A stretch of 64,000 nt of DNA, taken from the NCBI GenBank assembly GCA_032718475.1, contig JAUCBJ010008551.1, positions 7,002 through 71,001 of the forward strand. Direction: 5' to 3'. The translations under genes were made by a program, and so were the position numbers. The notes beneath the pieces were generated by a model. That model was not told the DNA's origin. It searched no databases and saw only the letters and a list, made by a program, of their open reading frames with translations. Source of the DNA: Nemertoderma westbladi. Its lineage: Eukaryota > Animalia > Xenacoelomorpha. Each line of letters begins with the position of its first letter. The stretch's first letter is position 1. Of this stretch, positions 1 to 13,000 are shown one piece after another.

Positions 1-20
1 GCAAAAAAAGCGACAGAACG

Positions 21-117
21 ACAGGTTGATTAATGGTACCCCTACGCTAAGGCTCACTCACTTCGTGGCTCGCCCCACAGGTTGATTAATGGTACCCCTA
101 CGCTAAGGCTCACTCAC
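21..117. repeat. 56-bp-period direct duplication containing the reverse complement of the HINE-like 5' end seen at 1927
   Basis: acaggttgattaatggtacccctacgctaaggctcactcac occurs at 21 and 77. cttcgtggctcgccccac (61-78) is the reverse complement of gtggggcgagccacgaag at 1927. Confidence 0.7.
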
Positions 118-692
118 TCACATAGTCTCTGCGGGGATGTAGAGCTGCTAGCTGCTGGGAGTTGTTGGTGTAGCCTTACCAGAGGGGAATTGTCTGTAAT
201 AGGCAGCAGTAGGCCTATTGCTAATGCAACCCAGACAGCATTCCTTAACTCCAACCATACCCTGCCTGTATTTCATTTCTTACAGTATTGACCGCTATGC
301 TATAAATGTTAGTAAAATGACAGATATAATAGCAAATACTATCCATGGCATGGCTGTTGTAGGCTTGTATATGAAATAGTTTATTCCACAATGTATTTGT
401 CTGGTTATTTTTTAATTGAATATTTGCAAAGTAGTAAAATTAATGTTCTTAAAAATAATATTATTATTTTATATGTATCCTATGAAATTAGCTACAATTT
501 TTCACTGCAGCTAAGAGTGTACATTGATTTAATATTATTTCAATACAAATATTACTACATCGGCATACGATGCGTTGGCGTTGTATCACACATCTCCACA
601 AGATATATCAGCAGTTACTGGCACAGTTTCGAAACTTCGCATAGTTATAACTGTATAAAGATCGTCATTCTGCGTTTAGAAAAAATATTTTA

Positions 693-1151
693 ATGCAAAA
701 CAGGACGAGCGACGAGTGCAACGAGGCATATAATGAAGACGAGTACTATGTCGACTATATTCCTATTAACCATACCTGGCTTCGCCTATTGAAGGCATCA
801 GTAGTTATAAAACTCGTCCGTCAGTCTACGTTTAGGAAATATGTTTTAATACAAAACAGGACGAGCACAACGACGTTTATAATAATGAAGACGAGTAATG
901 CCTACTGCGTTGATTATATTCCTATAAACCATACCTGGCTTCGCCTATTGAAGGCATCGGTAGGTGGGAAGGGTGGGGGGGGGGGGGGGTGCAGATTAAA
1001 AGGGGTGAACACGTACTGTCCCCCTTTTTTTGATTGATAGGTGGTGTAGGTAAATTTCTCAAAACCTGATTTTGTGATACATCCGCTCAATTTTAATTTG
1101 TATCTCATAACTGGGCTTCGTGCTGCGCGAAGGCCCCACGAACGTGTCTAG
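693..1151 (+). mobile_element. Non-autonomous Helitron-like element, 3' part (5' end not defined)
   Basis: GC-rich hairpin GGGCTTCGTG-CTG-CGCGAAGGCCC (1113-1136) lies 11 nt before CTAG|T (1148-1151), the canonical Helitron 3' end. There is an internal ~160-bp duplication (about 695-800 and 852-958). Confidence 0.55.
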
Positions 1152-1289
1152 TACTGAATATAAAAGTTTGGATGTAGAGATATGCAGTGTGTTGTTAAAT
1201 CTATAACAACTGTAGCATGCTGCAATTTTTTGCTTTCATTAAGAATGCCATGTCAGTTTTAAATAAAATTTCACTAAACCACAACAATC

Positions 1290-1555
1290 TAACACTCAAG
1301 ACTTTCGCAAGATTATCTTTATTTTCAAGGTTTTAGTGTAATTTATGAGGATTATTAAGAAAGTCATGGGATGCCCCCTTTGCTTCTGCTCTCCCTGATT
1401 CACACAAAGCATAAGATCATGTAATGATTGTCCCGGTTCTCATCGCAAAAGCAATGTCCTCTAAAGCAGAAGCGGTTTAGTTCAAATCTTAAGTGTGGTG
1501 GGACTTATGAGACACCTTCAAGTGATATACAGTGTCAACTTGGAGATGTGTCATA
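1290..1555 (-). mobile_element. Old, diverged RTE-like LINE 3' fragment
   Basis: Visible similarity to 5750-5980 (aagcaatgtcct..aaagc, atgagacacct, ttggagatgtgt). Confidence 0.6.
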
Positions 1556-1921
1556 GGTTTTCTGCTTATTCATCAATAAGCAAGTTGATACCATCCGCAA
1601 TGCCGATGATGATAGTAGAAAATCAGCTCAATCGATCAATGTCAATCGATCAATATGCTGACTAGTGTTGACTAGTCTAGTGTTCGAATCCGGGTCGTGC
1701 CAGTGCGTAACTAGAACACTACAATGTCAGTCCAATACAATGTCACTACATAAAACTGTCAGCTCTTCAATACTGTACTCTACAAACCTGTATCCTTAAA
1801 AAATAGGCGAGGTTATTTTATGTAAGTTGCTGGGCTTAATGTTTTTAAAAACTAGATTAATGTAAAAGGATATATCGTAATAGATTCGTCGCCCTGCGGT
1901 GGCAGTGCCCAATGCATGATT

Positions 1922-2446
1922 TGTTTGTGGGGCGAGCCACGAAGTTGGCGGAGCCTTAGCGAATTGACACTGTTAGGGGGTGGGTCAATTTATGCAAATA
2001 GTTGTCGTCGTTGTCGTCGTCGTCGTTGTCGTCGTCGTCGTCGTCGTTATCGTCGTCGTCGTCGTTACGATTTTGACATGCTAATAACTTTGTCGGATTT
2101 AAAGCTGCCAAGTTGAAAATTTGTAGGTATCAATATGTGCAAAAGGTGAGATTTTTGAGAGACTTTCAGACACCATCAGTGCAATGGTCTCCCGCTAGAG
2201 GGCCACATGTCTAAACATTAAATGCCCTCCCATTTCTTTGCTTTTAATCCGTTTAAGCTGAAACTTGGCAGATATGTATTAGACCATTAGCTGTGACTTT
2301 CAAAGGAGGCGAATCCATCTGCAGTTCTCCAGTCTGCCGCTAGAGGGCCAACGTGACAACGACAACTATTTGCATAAATTGACCCACCCCCTAACAGTGT
2401 CAATTCGCTAAGGCTTCGCCAACTTCGTGCTGCGCGAAGTCCCCAC
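1922..2446 (+). mobile_element. Helentron-associated (HINE/DINE-like) or foldback non-autonomous element
   Basis: GTGGGG...CCCCAC termini, an ~70-bp subterminal inverted repeat (about 1938-2007 vs 2359-2429), a (GTC)n microsatellite at 2001-2068, and a 3' hairpin cttcgtgctgcgcgaag. Confidence 0.6.
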
Positions 2447-2965
2447 TTCGTGTTTGTCTGATTTGTTTTATACTCTTGTCAATATATGGTTTATATTGCA
2501 ATCCAAACACGCCATATCATAACTATTATTATCGCAGTATCTATTTTATTCTGATGTCTTAAATATTCCTGTGCGTAGGTGAATTCGCTACGCATAGACT
2601 GGACATCCTAAAATTTTCAATTTTATTACAAAATTTAAATATGTTTATTTGTTATAGGACAATGATGTGTACTTCACAGTGTTCTGCTCATTATTATATC
2701 ATTATATTTGCTCTCAATCTCTGTGTTCGCAAACCGCTGGTGAAAACCCGGTGCTAAATAAGTCTTTAACAAAAACTATTCAGTCTTTAGAAAAAATAAT
2801 TAATTGATATGTTGTAATTGATATAAAATTAAAAAAATAATATATAAATGTAATTAATTAATACAATTGAAAGGCTACCAATAACGTCGAGGTCCATAAT
2901 AATATGAAATTAGTCCTTATTATTACAGGGTGAGATTCCCGACAGGAGAGACTCGTACAACTTAA

Positions 2966-4526
2966 CCCTATTAAACCCTGGGAGGAGGGTCAATATGACC
3001 CCCCCCCAGTGGTTTTTTTATTATAATTCTGAAACAAACGCAGTTGGGAATCTGAAATTTTATGACTTTTCCTAAAAATCTATTGTCTTCCTAGCAGTGA
3101 AAACCGTTTTCAAAAATATTGGGTACTTTTCGAGTTATAGCACCATTTTTTAACCCTACTTTTGGCACTTTTTTTGAGACGTTTTTTGAAAATTACATTT
3201 CATTAAATATGAATTGTAACATCTCTATTTTTGATTTACACCGGTTTTTTGGTGTTAGAAATTGGATGGAATTCATATAAATTGATTTAGAAATTTCAAA
3301 CTTGTTTTTTTCGGTGGATGCTAAATTTTGGTGCCAGCACCAAATTTTGAAATATGTCAATTTTGTAAATTGATTGTTTGAAACTTGTTTTTTACGCAAT
3401 TGGGGTTTTTTGGGGTTCTGGATTCGATGAAATATATACGAGTTGCACCAAGCGTATCAAACTTGTATTTTTTGGTGAGACTGTGTGCAAATTTTGGTGC
3501 TAGCACGAAATTTTGAAAATCCATTTAATAGATAAAATTGCTTGTGACAATTTATTTCTTGCGTTTTAGAGATTTACGGCTGTTCTGAATTCAATGGAAT
3601 ATATAATTATCGAACTAAACATCTCAAACTTGTATTTTTTGGATGTGGGTGCAAAATGTGGTGCTAGCACCAAATTTTGAAAACCATCAAATATATCAAT
3701 TGATTGTGTCACCTTGTTTCTTGCGCTATACGGGTTTGTGATGGTTCTGAATTCAATGGAATCAGTAAAAATTTCATAAGAGTTCTCAAACTTGTATTTT
3801 TCGCCGGTGGGTGAAAATTGTTGTGCTAGCACCAAATTTTGGAAAATATGCAAATTGATCAGTAGATAGTATCACCTTGTTTCTTGCATTATAGGGGTTT
3901 ATGAGGGTCCTGAATCCGATGGAAACAATAAAAACAGCACTGGACATCGCAAACTTGTACTTTTTGGTGATGGGTACGAAATTTGGTGCTAGCACCAAAA
4001 TTTGCCAAATTACGCCGAAAAATACAAGTAGCAATGATCTGGCATATTAGAAATGTATTCCATTAGAATCAGCGCCCTCGAAAACCTGAAAATGTGAATT
4101 TATAGCATCGTATAAGTGAATTAAAAATTTTGTGTTCTAACTGAAAAGTGCTGGTTACTTGTTTTTTTCATTTTTTTCCTACGCAGAGGGGATTAAACAG
4201 CCATTTATAGTAATCACATCATTTTTAAATATTTTTTAATGTATTTTGCACCCCAGAAAACCTGTATTGAAAAATAATTAGCCGAAAATGTAACTTTCAA
4301 ATTTTGTGAAAATTGAGCACTACTTGTAATTTTGGTGCTGCAATATAACCACCCCAGTACATTTTTTCGAAAATTTTTTTTTTCGGTCGGATCCAGACAA
4401 GTGATACCTACGTACAAACAAAAAATCAGACGTTTTCGTAAACATTTGTAGATTTTAGAGGGGGGGGGGTCAATATGACCCCTCCCCGGTATTTGTACAA
4501 CATTTTATAGCCCGGTACTAATAGGG
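2966..4526. mobile_element. Non-autonomous piggyBac-like DNA transposon
   Basis: TTAA TSD at 2962-2965 and 4527-4530, with termini CCCTATTA...TAATAGGG. The palindrome gggtcaatatgaccc lies near both ends. There are five internal ~163-bp tandem units (caaacttgtatttt...gtgctagcaccaaatttt) at about 3295-4005. Confidence 0.85.
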
Positions 4527-5635
4527 TTAAAGTTAATTTGGAAGAAATGGATAATATAAAAATCATTGTTGGATTGATTAATGTCAATAGTAAGTTCATT
4601 AGCTCATTGACTTAATCGGGTTTGTTTCGTTACTCTGCAACAACCAACGGGATGATGTTTAATCTGGACTTCAACGTAGTCGGATTTATACTTAGACGAC
4701 ATTGTGTATTACACAGATTTTGCTTCTAAATTGGTGCTCATTGTGTAAGACAACATGATACACCTTTTGAAGATTTCGTTAATGGAAAGTCATTTCTTTA
4801 TTTTACCGTAGCATCCATTATGTTGATTACATTATCAGGATCTTTTCTCTCCAAGTTCTATTGCGTTCTTCATTGTATTATTACGTCGAAATTTATGTTA
4901 TTAACCACAAATATAAGATAATAGTGGTCTTGTATGAATAATTAATTTGCATCATCGAGGGTATAATACCTGTGCACACGCTTTGTATTATTATGTTTTA
5001 TCAAATAATAATTATTAAATGTTTACATTAAATTAAGGTTAATATTAAGCGTTTTTTTACATTAAAAAGTGGTTGTGATAAAGTAAATTAAATAAAGGAA
5101 ATAATCACATGACATGTTCAAGTCAGGATGAGAATTATTCAAAATTTATGGTTCAACTGAAAATTAGTCATTGTAGACAGACCTCTATAACACAATTGCT
5201 TTTGAATTCAAAAATGTGGATAGGGTGTAGGGATAAGGTATTAATAATAAATTTTTGTTGATATATGTTGTGTTCTCCCTCCAGCAAAACAATTCACTGT
5301 TTTTATATTATCTCAAATAAAGAACCCCGAGGGAAAAACTGGTTCTTGAAGAGTTGCCGAGACTAAAATGAGAACGCTGGTATCGCAGGTGTGGAATGGG
5401 TTCTTATGGTGCGTACGCCGGGTGCACCTACTCGTTTGTTATAACCTGTTTTCTAATGACAATTTTATTCCAGTATCTAGTAGAAGAGAGTTCTAAATTT
5501 CGGGTCAAGATAGTTTTATATAATTTCGGATTGCAACAAACTTTTAAATCTTGAGTGATAATATGGAACTTTATCCGACAATTGTCGATATTAAGTAAAT
5601 AGGATAGAGATAGAATATATATAGGATAGTAGATA

Positions 5636-6220
5636 CTACTACTACTAGGATCGGCATGCTGCATTGCAGCTGCATTTTTAAGAATGCTGTGCCGGCTTAT
5701 CGACAAAATTGCACCGCCACAACTCCCTATCACCCATGACATTTGCTAGATCATCCGCATCTTCAAGGCCAGTATCCTTTAAGATGCGTCTCAAGAAAGT
5801 CATGGGCTGTCCACCATGCTTATTCACTCCATGAGGCTGCCAAAGTACAAGATTATGCACTGGCTGGTCCTCACGGCGAAGCAATGTCCTGCAAAGCGGA
5901 GGCGATTTTGTTCTAGTGTCAAGCTTGGGGGAACCAATGAGACACCTCCAATGTTATATAGTGTCTGGTTGGAGATGTGTGCATTGTACTTGACACAATG
6001 AACCCAGCGTAGCATTCTTTTGAATGTGCCATCCAGAGATTTGGTGTCCTCAGCAGTTAGAGCACAGCATGGACTCCCATAGAGGAGTACCGGAACTACT
6101 GCTGCTCTAAATAATCGGACCTTAAGTTTCCGATTAATTCTCGTTGAATTCCAAATCCTGGAAAGCCTATTCAAGGCTGCCCATGCTTTTCCCTTACGTA
6201 TTCGAAGGTCCTCACCTGAC
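5636..6220 (-). mobile_element. RTE-like LINE, 3' piece (RT C-terminus and (TAG)n tail)
   Basis: Encodes RKGKAWAALNRLSRIW...VLLYGS...RLRFAGHC...LVLWQP, followed by a (TAG)n tail. TSD ggatagtagata at 5624-5635 is matched at 19819-19830. Confidence 0.9.
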
Positions 6221-7299
6221 AAGGACTGCCCTTAGCAGTCCCTGGCCAACAGCAGTTATTACGAGCCTGAAAAGGACATCGAAAACTGCTGCTTGTGTCA
6301 GGGATTTGCGACGGGAACCGACGACAGACCCCTAGCCAAGCTGTACTGGTTCCTGACCGATCCCTTCGGGGTTCGGGAAGGGTGGGATGGACACGCGAAC
6401 GGGTTGACCGACTAACGGATGAAGGGTTCGACAAGGACTTCCTTCCTGAAGTGGGTTCCACAACCGGCGTTAGTACGAGCCTGAATATGGACTCGGAAAA
6501 CCACCAACCATTGGGGCTCATGACGGGCTGACAGACCCCTTGCCAAGCCGTACTGGTTCCTGACCGGATACCTTCGGGGTTCGGGAAGGGTGGGACAGAC
6601 ACGCAACGGGGTCGAAAGACAAAGGACTGGACTCTACTGGCCTACCGACTGTTCGGAGCAGCTTCTCGGCTGCCAAAGCGACTACGAGCCTGAATAAGGA
6701 CTCGTAAAGCCTAGGTGGTTGGGTCCCTGCGATGAACCGATGGACCCCTAGCCAAGCCGTACTGGTTCCTGATGACCGATCCTTTCGGGGTTTTGGAAGG
6801 GTGGGACGGGCACGCAAACGGGTCCACCGACACGACAGACCCCTAGCCAAGCCGTACTGGTTCCTGATGACCGATCCCTTCTGGGTTCGGGAAGGGTGGG
6901 ACGGACACGCAACAGGGTCGACCGACACTGACACTACGGTACCGAGACTACTACCGAGGGAAAATGGGGAACATTAGTTAGGTTAAAATCCAAAGCGAAC
7001 AGTGGGTAATTAAATAATGTACTGTAGGGATTTATATTGTCGTGTTATATTATTGTGAATATTTGGTGTATATTGGTTTGGGGAAGCCCAACTTATTGTC
7101 AATCAAGGTTCAACTGTAGGGAAGTTACATTAAAGAGTATATCCAACCAATGAAACTTTTCCTCAACCGCAATCTTGCATTTAAGAAGGTATTCCTTCTC
7201 CACTACCAATATCCGGTGACTGGCCGGGATTCCATGGTCTGAAAAGTTCCGCCTCCAGCATCGGCGTTTTCCCCCATGGTGTCGGGAATAACGGCAACA
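6218..7299 (+). repeat. 5' LTR of BEL/Pao element (5'-truncated)
   Basis: Near-identical to 18615-19697. Ends ...GGCAACA and contains four copies of an ~75-bp internal repeat. Confidence 0.9.
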
Positions 7300-7757
7300 A
7301 AATTGAGAATAAGGGATTCAATTTTGACAGGCTGTCAAAATTGAGAATAAGACGCGGCCAACTTCAACTGGTGGAAGTTGGGAATCCTACAATACTCTTC
7401 AAACTCTCTCCATGCTTACCCAGCACGCACTACAAGGAAACTCTGGTATTTGGTTTAAGACAAAGCTGTGGTTTAATCAATCGACAAACTCGAACTAATA
7501 AAATCGTAGTCGGCAGATCATATCTAGAGAGTTGTTAACAGGGAATGGAAGTATCGATCACACCCATTGATATAATCCAAGTTGAGCCAGGAATCTGGCA
7601 CGTCGAAGTCGAAGTACAAGGAACAAACGTTGGACGATTCAGGATTACCGTTTGGGTCGTCCAGGCTGAGTCTGAGACCTACGAGGAACTATTTTACGAC
7701 ATTGCATATCTAGCTATCAACGAGGCGCTAGAATGACAACGAATAACGTCCGATGAG

Positions 7758-10044
7758 ATGTACCCCCACACAGACTCGGAAGCCGATGAGATACCGAACG
7801 TCAAGAACATGACCCGTCGACTAGGCGCTCTCAAAGGCGGAGTCACTCAAGCGTATCAACGTATAGAGAAACAACTCAAGGGAGTCAAAACCCCCCTCAA
7901 CGAGATACCAACTCAGCTAGAGAATATCCGAAGTATCTTACAACGATATGAGAGGATGATACAAGCGTATCAAGAACTCATCCCCGCCACCGATTATGTA
8001 AAGTACCCCAGACTATAAGAACACGTTGTACATCTAGATGAGTTCCGCAAACAACACCGGAGGACCCTCAGCCTCGTGAGAGGCTACGAGGAACAGTACT
8101 ATAAGAGAACTGAAAGAACAGATGCAGAATCGATGCGAACCTCCAGCACCAGGACAGCGATTCATCGAAAGAGAACGAGGTCCTCAAGACACCAGCACTC
8201 CAGCGCTAGGAGCGAGAGATCCGGTTCAACGCGCAGTTCTCAAGGGGGTCAGCCACTCCGTGATCAGCTACGAGAACAGAGGGCATTGGCCCTCAAAGCT
8301 CGGATGGAAGATGAATATGTTCAACTGCAGATGGAACAGGATGTATTAGCAGCCGAACAACGTAAATGAGAGGCCGAACAACAGGCCGAACAACGTAAAC
8401 GTGAGGCCGAACTAGATACCGAACAACGTAAAATGGAGGCAGAAATGCATAAATAACATGCTGAGGCCCAAGCGATTCTCCTCCACAAAAAGAATGCGGA
8501 TATTGCGAAACTTGCGGAATACGAAGCGGGACGGGATCATAGAACGGGATCTCCAACTATATGAGGACTGGGAAAGGGTTATAGAACAGAACTATTAACC
8601 AATCCCGTTCCCAGAATTAGAGAAGTCATTTACGCCACCGGCGGCGAAACCCCCGAAACCCAAGTTCCCGCCAACCATACAGTCTACGTTATTGGCACAA
8701 GCACCAGTATTCCATCCCCCCCCCCCCCCGGTTACGCTTAAGAATGAGGAACGTTATTTCCCATCCAACCCCACAGTACCGAGCGTTCCCAAGTACGAGC
8801 CTGAAAGGGACTCGGAACGGGACGCCACCCCTCGATCCAACAACCCGTTTACATCCACACCACAAATCCGTAAATGCGTCATCATTAAAACTCCACCTCT
8901 CATCGATCCATCATGCATGTGAGAGAGTGCTAATAACTATAACCCTCCTAGTCATTCTAGTTCAGATGACGTCGGCATTATCCGGGCATTGGAAAACCGC
9001 CTAGCCATGCCCAAGATGGAGATCCGCACCTTCGAAGGAGACCCCGTCGATTACCTCGGATTCAAGAAACGGTTCTTCGCTCAGATTGGGTCAACGGATA
9101 TAACCGACGCACTAAAACTGGTATATTTATTTATTATTATTTAAATTATAATTATTATATATTATATATTAAATATTATTATATAATTATTTACTATTAT
9201 TATTATTTATTACGAGGACTACGAGGAACCGACATAAGCCGTGGAATGGGCGTGTTATCTTGCAAATTGGGCACCCGAAAGGGAAGGCACCACAATCTCC
9301 CTTCTCTGTCTCTTCTGCGGAGAGAAACATAAGGTGGAATTCTGCAGAAAGTTCCAGTTTGCCGAAATCGTCCCATGCTTCGAGGCGATAATGAAACACC
9401 GAGGATGCTTCTGGTGTCTTGGAACAGGTCACTATGTTCGGGATTGCGACCAAAGATCGTGCTGCGCGGTCTGTAATGACCTACATCATCACACACTCCT
9501 CCATATCCCCGCAAACTTTGACTTCACCATCATCCCCTTTCGGATCGAAGCCAAACGAAGAGGAGAAACGAACCACGTCTCTAAAGGAACTCGAACGATT
9601 CAACGGAGGGAAACCAATCCGTTTAAGACCTCCACCGATGTATCACAATTGACAAATATCTCAGCTATGATCAACCTTATAAATCGCCGTTACATGGTCT
9701 TCGCCAAAGTAATACCAGTAAGAATTAAAGGGGTCGGGAAATCCTTGACAACGCTCGCGTTCCTCGACAACGGGTCGGACGGAACCATCATCGACTGGGA
9801 TTTCCTCGATCAACTCGGCCTAGACTACGAACCTTGCAAACGGCCCATACAAACTATCACCGACCATAGAGAAGTAGAGTCCGGGGAGGTGCAGCTCCAG
9901 ATGGAAGTAGCCATGAAGTGTTACGAGACGGTCAAGCTGATGATCAAGAACGCCTTGGTACACACCGATCTCCGAGTGCAGTTCCGACAATCAGCTGAAT
10001 ACGCACCCCTCATACAGATAGACCGGGAAGATGTAGACCTATGA
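7758..10044 (+). pseudogene. BEL/Pao gag-protease region with stops, frameshifts and an AT-rich filler at 9121-9211
   Basis: PKMEIRTFEGDPVDYLGFK (BEL gag), CLFCGEKHKVEFC, CFWCLGTGHYVRDC, CAVCNDLHHHTLLH, and aspartic protease FLDNGSD. Confidence 0.85.
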
Positions 10045-10099
10045 TGTCCACCGTTGGACGTGAACCGAATCACCCTATTGATCGGACTAGACACACCGG

Positions 10100-13000
10100 A
10101 ATTACACATACCCACCGGAGACGTCGCCCGATCTGTAAAGCCGGATGACGGCTTTTATGCCGAACGCACGATCATGGGTTGGACACTCTGCTGCATCTAA
10201 GAGGAGACTACAGACACTTATACATATCTCCCTAAATGCCAGATTAAAGAGAATGCAACATCCGTGGGTTATTGTTCAGCAACAGACCTGGACGAGGACT
10301 TATTCCTTGAGACTGAGAAAACCCAGCAGGAGATGACCAAATACTTTAATTTAGAGACCCAAGAGTTTGCTGAAAAGGACGATAACCCATCCGAGGAAGA
10401 TCAATATTGTATTGACGTCCTTGATCAGGCCACGTTCAAAGACGGACATTGGTGTTCACCCATGCTATGGAAAGACCCAGATAAACCGATGGCAAATAAT
10501 GCTAACATGGCCCTTAAGCGGCTCAAAGGAATCCTACGCCGGTTAAATTACCAACCCAAGATAAAGGAGAAATATAATAATGTAATCAAAGGATATCTAG
10601 AAGATGGATTGGCGGAAATGGTACCCCGGAATGAACTGCAAGGGGGTAGACGGACATATTATCCCCCAACCCACTATGTGGTAAAATCCGAGTAGTCAAT
10701 GATGCTGCTGCTATGTATCAAGGCGAATCCCTGAACAGCCAACTCTATACAGGGCCCAACATATACAGTACACTTATCGGCGTGTTGATCCGGTTCAGGG
10801 AAAACCGGATAGCATTCACATGCGACATCAAAGCGATGTTTCACCAGGTCCGAACGCTACAAAAAGACTCAGACTGTCTGCATATATTATGGACGGATAA
10901 AACATTAACTCCACAGGAGTTAAGTCAACTCACATTGAAGGATGTGGACGTAATGCGCATGATCGTCAGGATCTTCGGCGCTAAGGACTCGCCGGTAGCA
11001 TGTAGTGACATGCTGAAGAAAACAGCGACTATGTGCGAAAACGAGTTCCCTCCGACAGTCATAGAAACCATCCGAGAATGCTTCTACATGGACGACAGAT
11101 GCGCCGGTGCCGATAATATTGACGAGGCATATCAGCTAGCGATGGGGATGGTGGAATGTTTAAAGAGAGGAGGTTTCCCCCTCGTAAAGTTCAGATCCCA
11201 CGACAAAACACTTGTGGAAAAGTTTCTGGAAGAAATCAGACTGGACGACAATAAAATGTATTCCGAGGATGTGGATCACCGTGTACTCGGCATTGAATGG
11301 GACATAGAATTGGATGAATTTATCTTCAAATATAACCCCCTACCCAAGCCCATGACGAAAAGGGGATGTTTGTCTATAAAAAGTGCAATATTCGACCCAC
11401 TAAACTTCATATCTCAGGTAACCTTGGCCGGAATGAATCTGATCCAGGAAATGTGGATAGAAGGACTGGGATGGGACAAAGAACTCCCCCCATACCTCAG
11501 TGTCAAATGGAGAAAGTGGACGGAACAACTCGAACATCTACATCTTATGGGGATCCCTTGACCGTTCTTCCTCGATAAACTACCCACCGATATCTTCCAG
11601 CTCCACACTTTCTCAGATGCTTCAAATACCGGAATCGGCGTAGTCACTTTTCTAAAAAGACTAAGTCAAGATGGAAACGGCGATACGAGCTTCTTATTTT
11701 CTAAGGCTAAGACAGTATCCGGGGAATTCGTAGCCACGATACCGAGACTTGAGCTACAGGCCGCAGTTTGGGCAGTGAGACAGAATCACATGGTCATGTG
11801 GAATCTACGAATCCCCATCGAATCGCAACATTTCTGGGTCGATTCGAGTATCGTTCTCTACTAACTCCACTCACCATCATGGTAACACACCACGTTCGTA
11901 GTGAACCGAGCCACAGAGATAAAACAGTGCACCGGCCGAGAACAGTGGCACCATGTAAATGGGAAAGAAAACCCAGCAGACTTGTCGAGCAGAGGCGCCA
12001 CCCCACGACAGCTCGGTAAAAGAAAACTCTGGCTCACCAGCCCGGAATTCCTACAGCAGCCACAATTAACCTGGAGTACCCGATTTGATCCCGAACTCGA
12101 TAGTGGAAAATACTCCGGAGACGACAAGGAAATCTGTAAAGTCCATAGAAGCGCCGCAGTGGAGATCTATAGTTGTCTGACCGAGCCTGCAAAGGTCTCG
12201 GGCAGGCACTATAATGTCGCGACTATCACGCAACCAGCGGCGTCTTTACAACTATTGATCGTGCGAACCTCCTCGATGAGACGTCTCATCCACCACGTCG
12301 TCATAACACTTTGCAACTTCCTGCGGTGGAAAGACAACAAACCGATAGTTCAATGAAGTATACAAGAACTCATCATTGCGGATAAATGTATTGTTAGATA
12401 TGTCCAGAAAGTAAGTTTCCCCGACGAGTGGGAACAACTCAGTGCGGGCAAGACCTTGAAACCGGACAGTCCAGTCTACCAATTGAGACCAATGATGGGA
12501 GAAGACGGACTGATTCGACTGAATACCCGGATGGCAAACGCCCCGGTTGAATACAAAGTGAAATACCCAGCGCTTCTGCCCGGAACGTCAACACTAGCCA
12601 AGCTATTAATCCAACAGTGTCACGAGGAAAACCATAACGCAGGACAGAACTGGATTATGGCTAATATACGGCAAAGATATTGGATCACCCACATCCAGCC
12701 ACTGATCCCGAAAGTGTTAAAACGTTGTTTTTCCTGCAGAAGATATCTAGCGCCACCGCCACACATCTACAGTCCGATTCCCCACCGTTCTACGTAACCG
12801 GAGTAGACTGTTTCGGACCATTCACAGTCATCGAGCGACGATCCAACATCAAATGCTGGGGAGCCATCTTTACCTGCCTTAGGTCTAGGGCAATATAAAA
12901 GTGTAAAATAAGTGTAAGTGTAAAAATATAAAAGATGAAATCGCCTCAATTAGTTAGCTGGTGAGTCAACTCGACTCAATTAGTTAGGTGAGTTATCCCA

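Noticed and set aside
1660-1705. tRNA gene suggested by gttcgaatcc
   Set aside because: Only a B-box is present, with no cloverleaf or A-box. At most it is a SINE remnant.
1916-2116. Arg-rich protamine-like ORF
   Set aside because: It is a translation of a (GTC)n microsatellite inside a non-autonomous element.
4530-5450. Possible degenerate coding sequence
   Set aside because: The frames I translated contain stops and show no recognisable motif.
6171-6977. ORFs within the LTR (and their copies at 18609-19411)
   Set aside because: They arise from GC-rich LTR repeats, and their frames are not conserved between the two LTRs.
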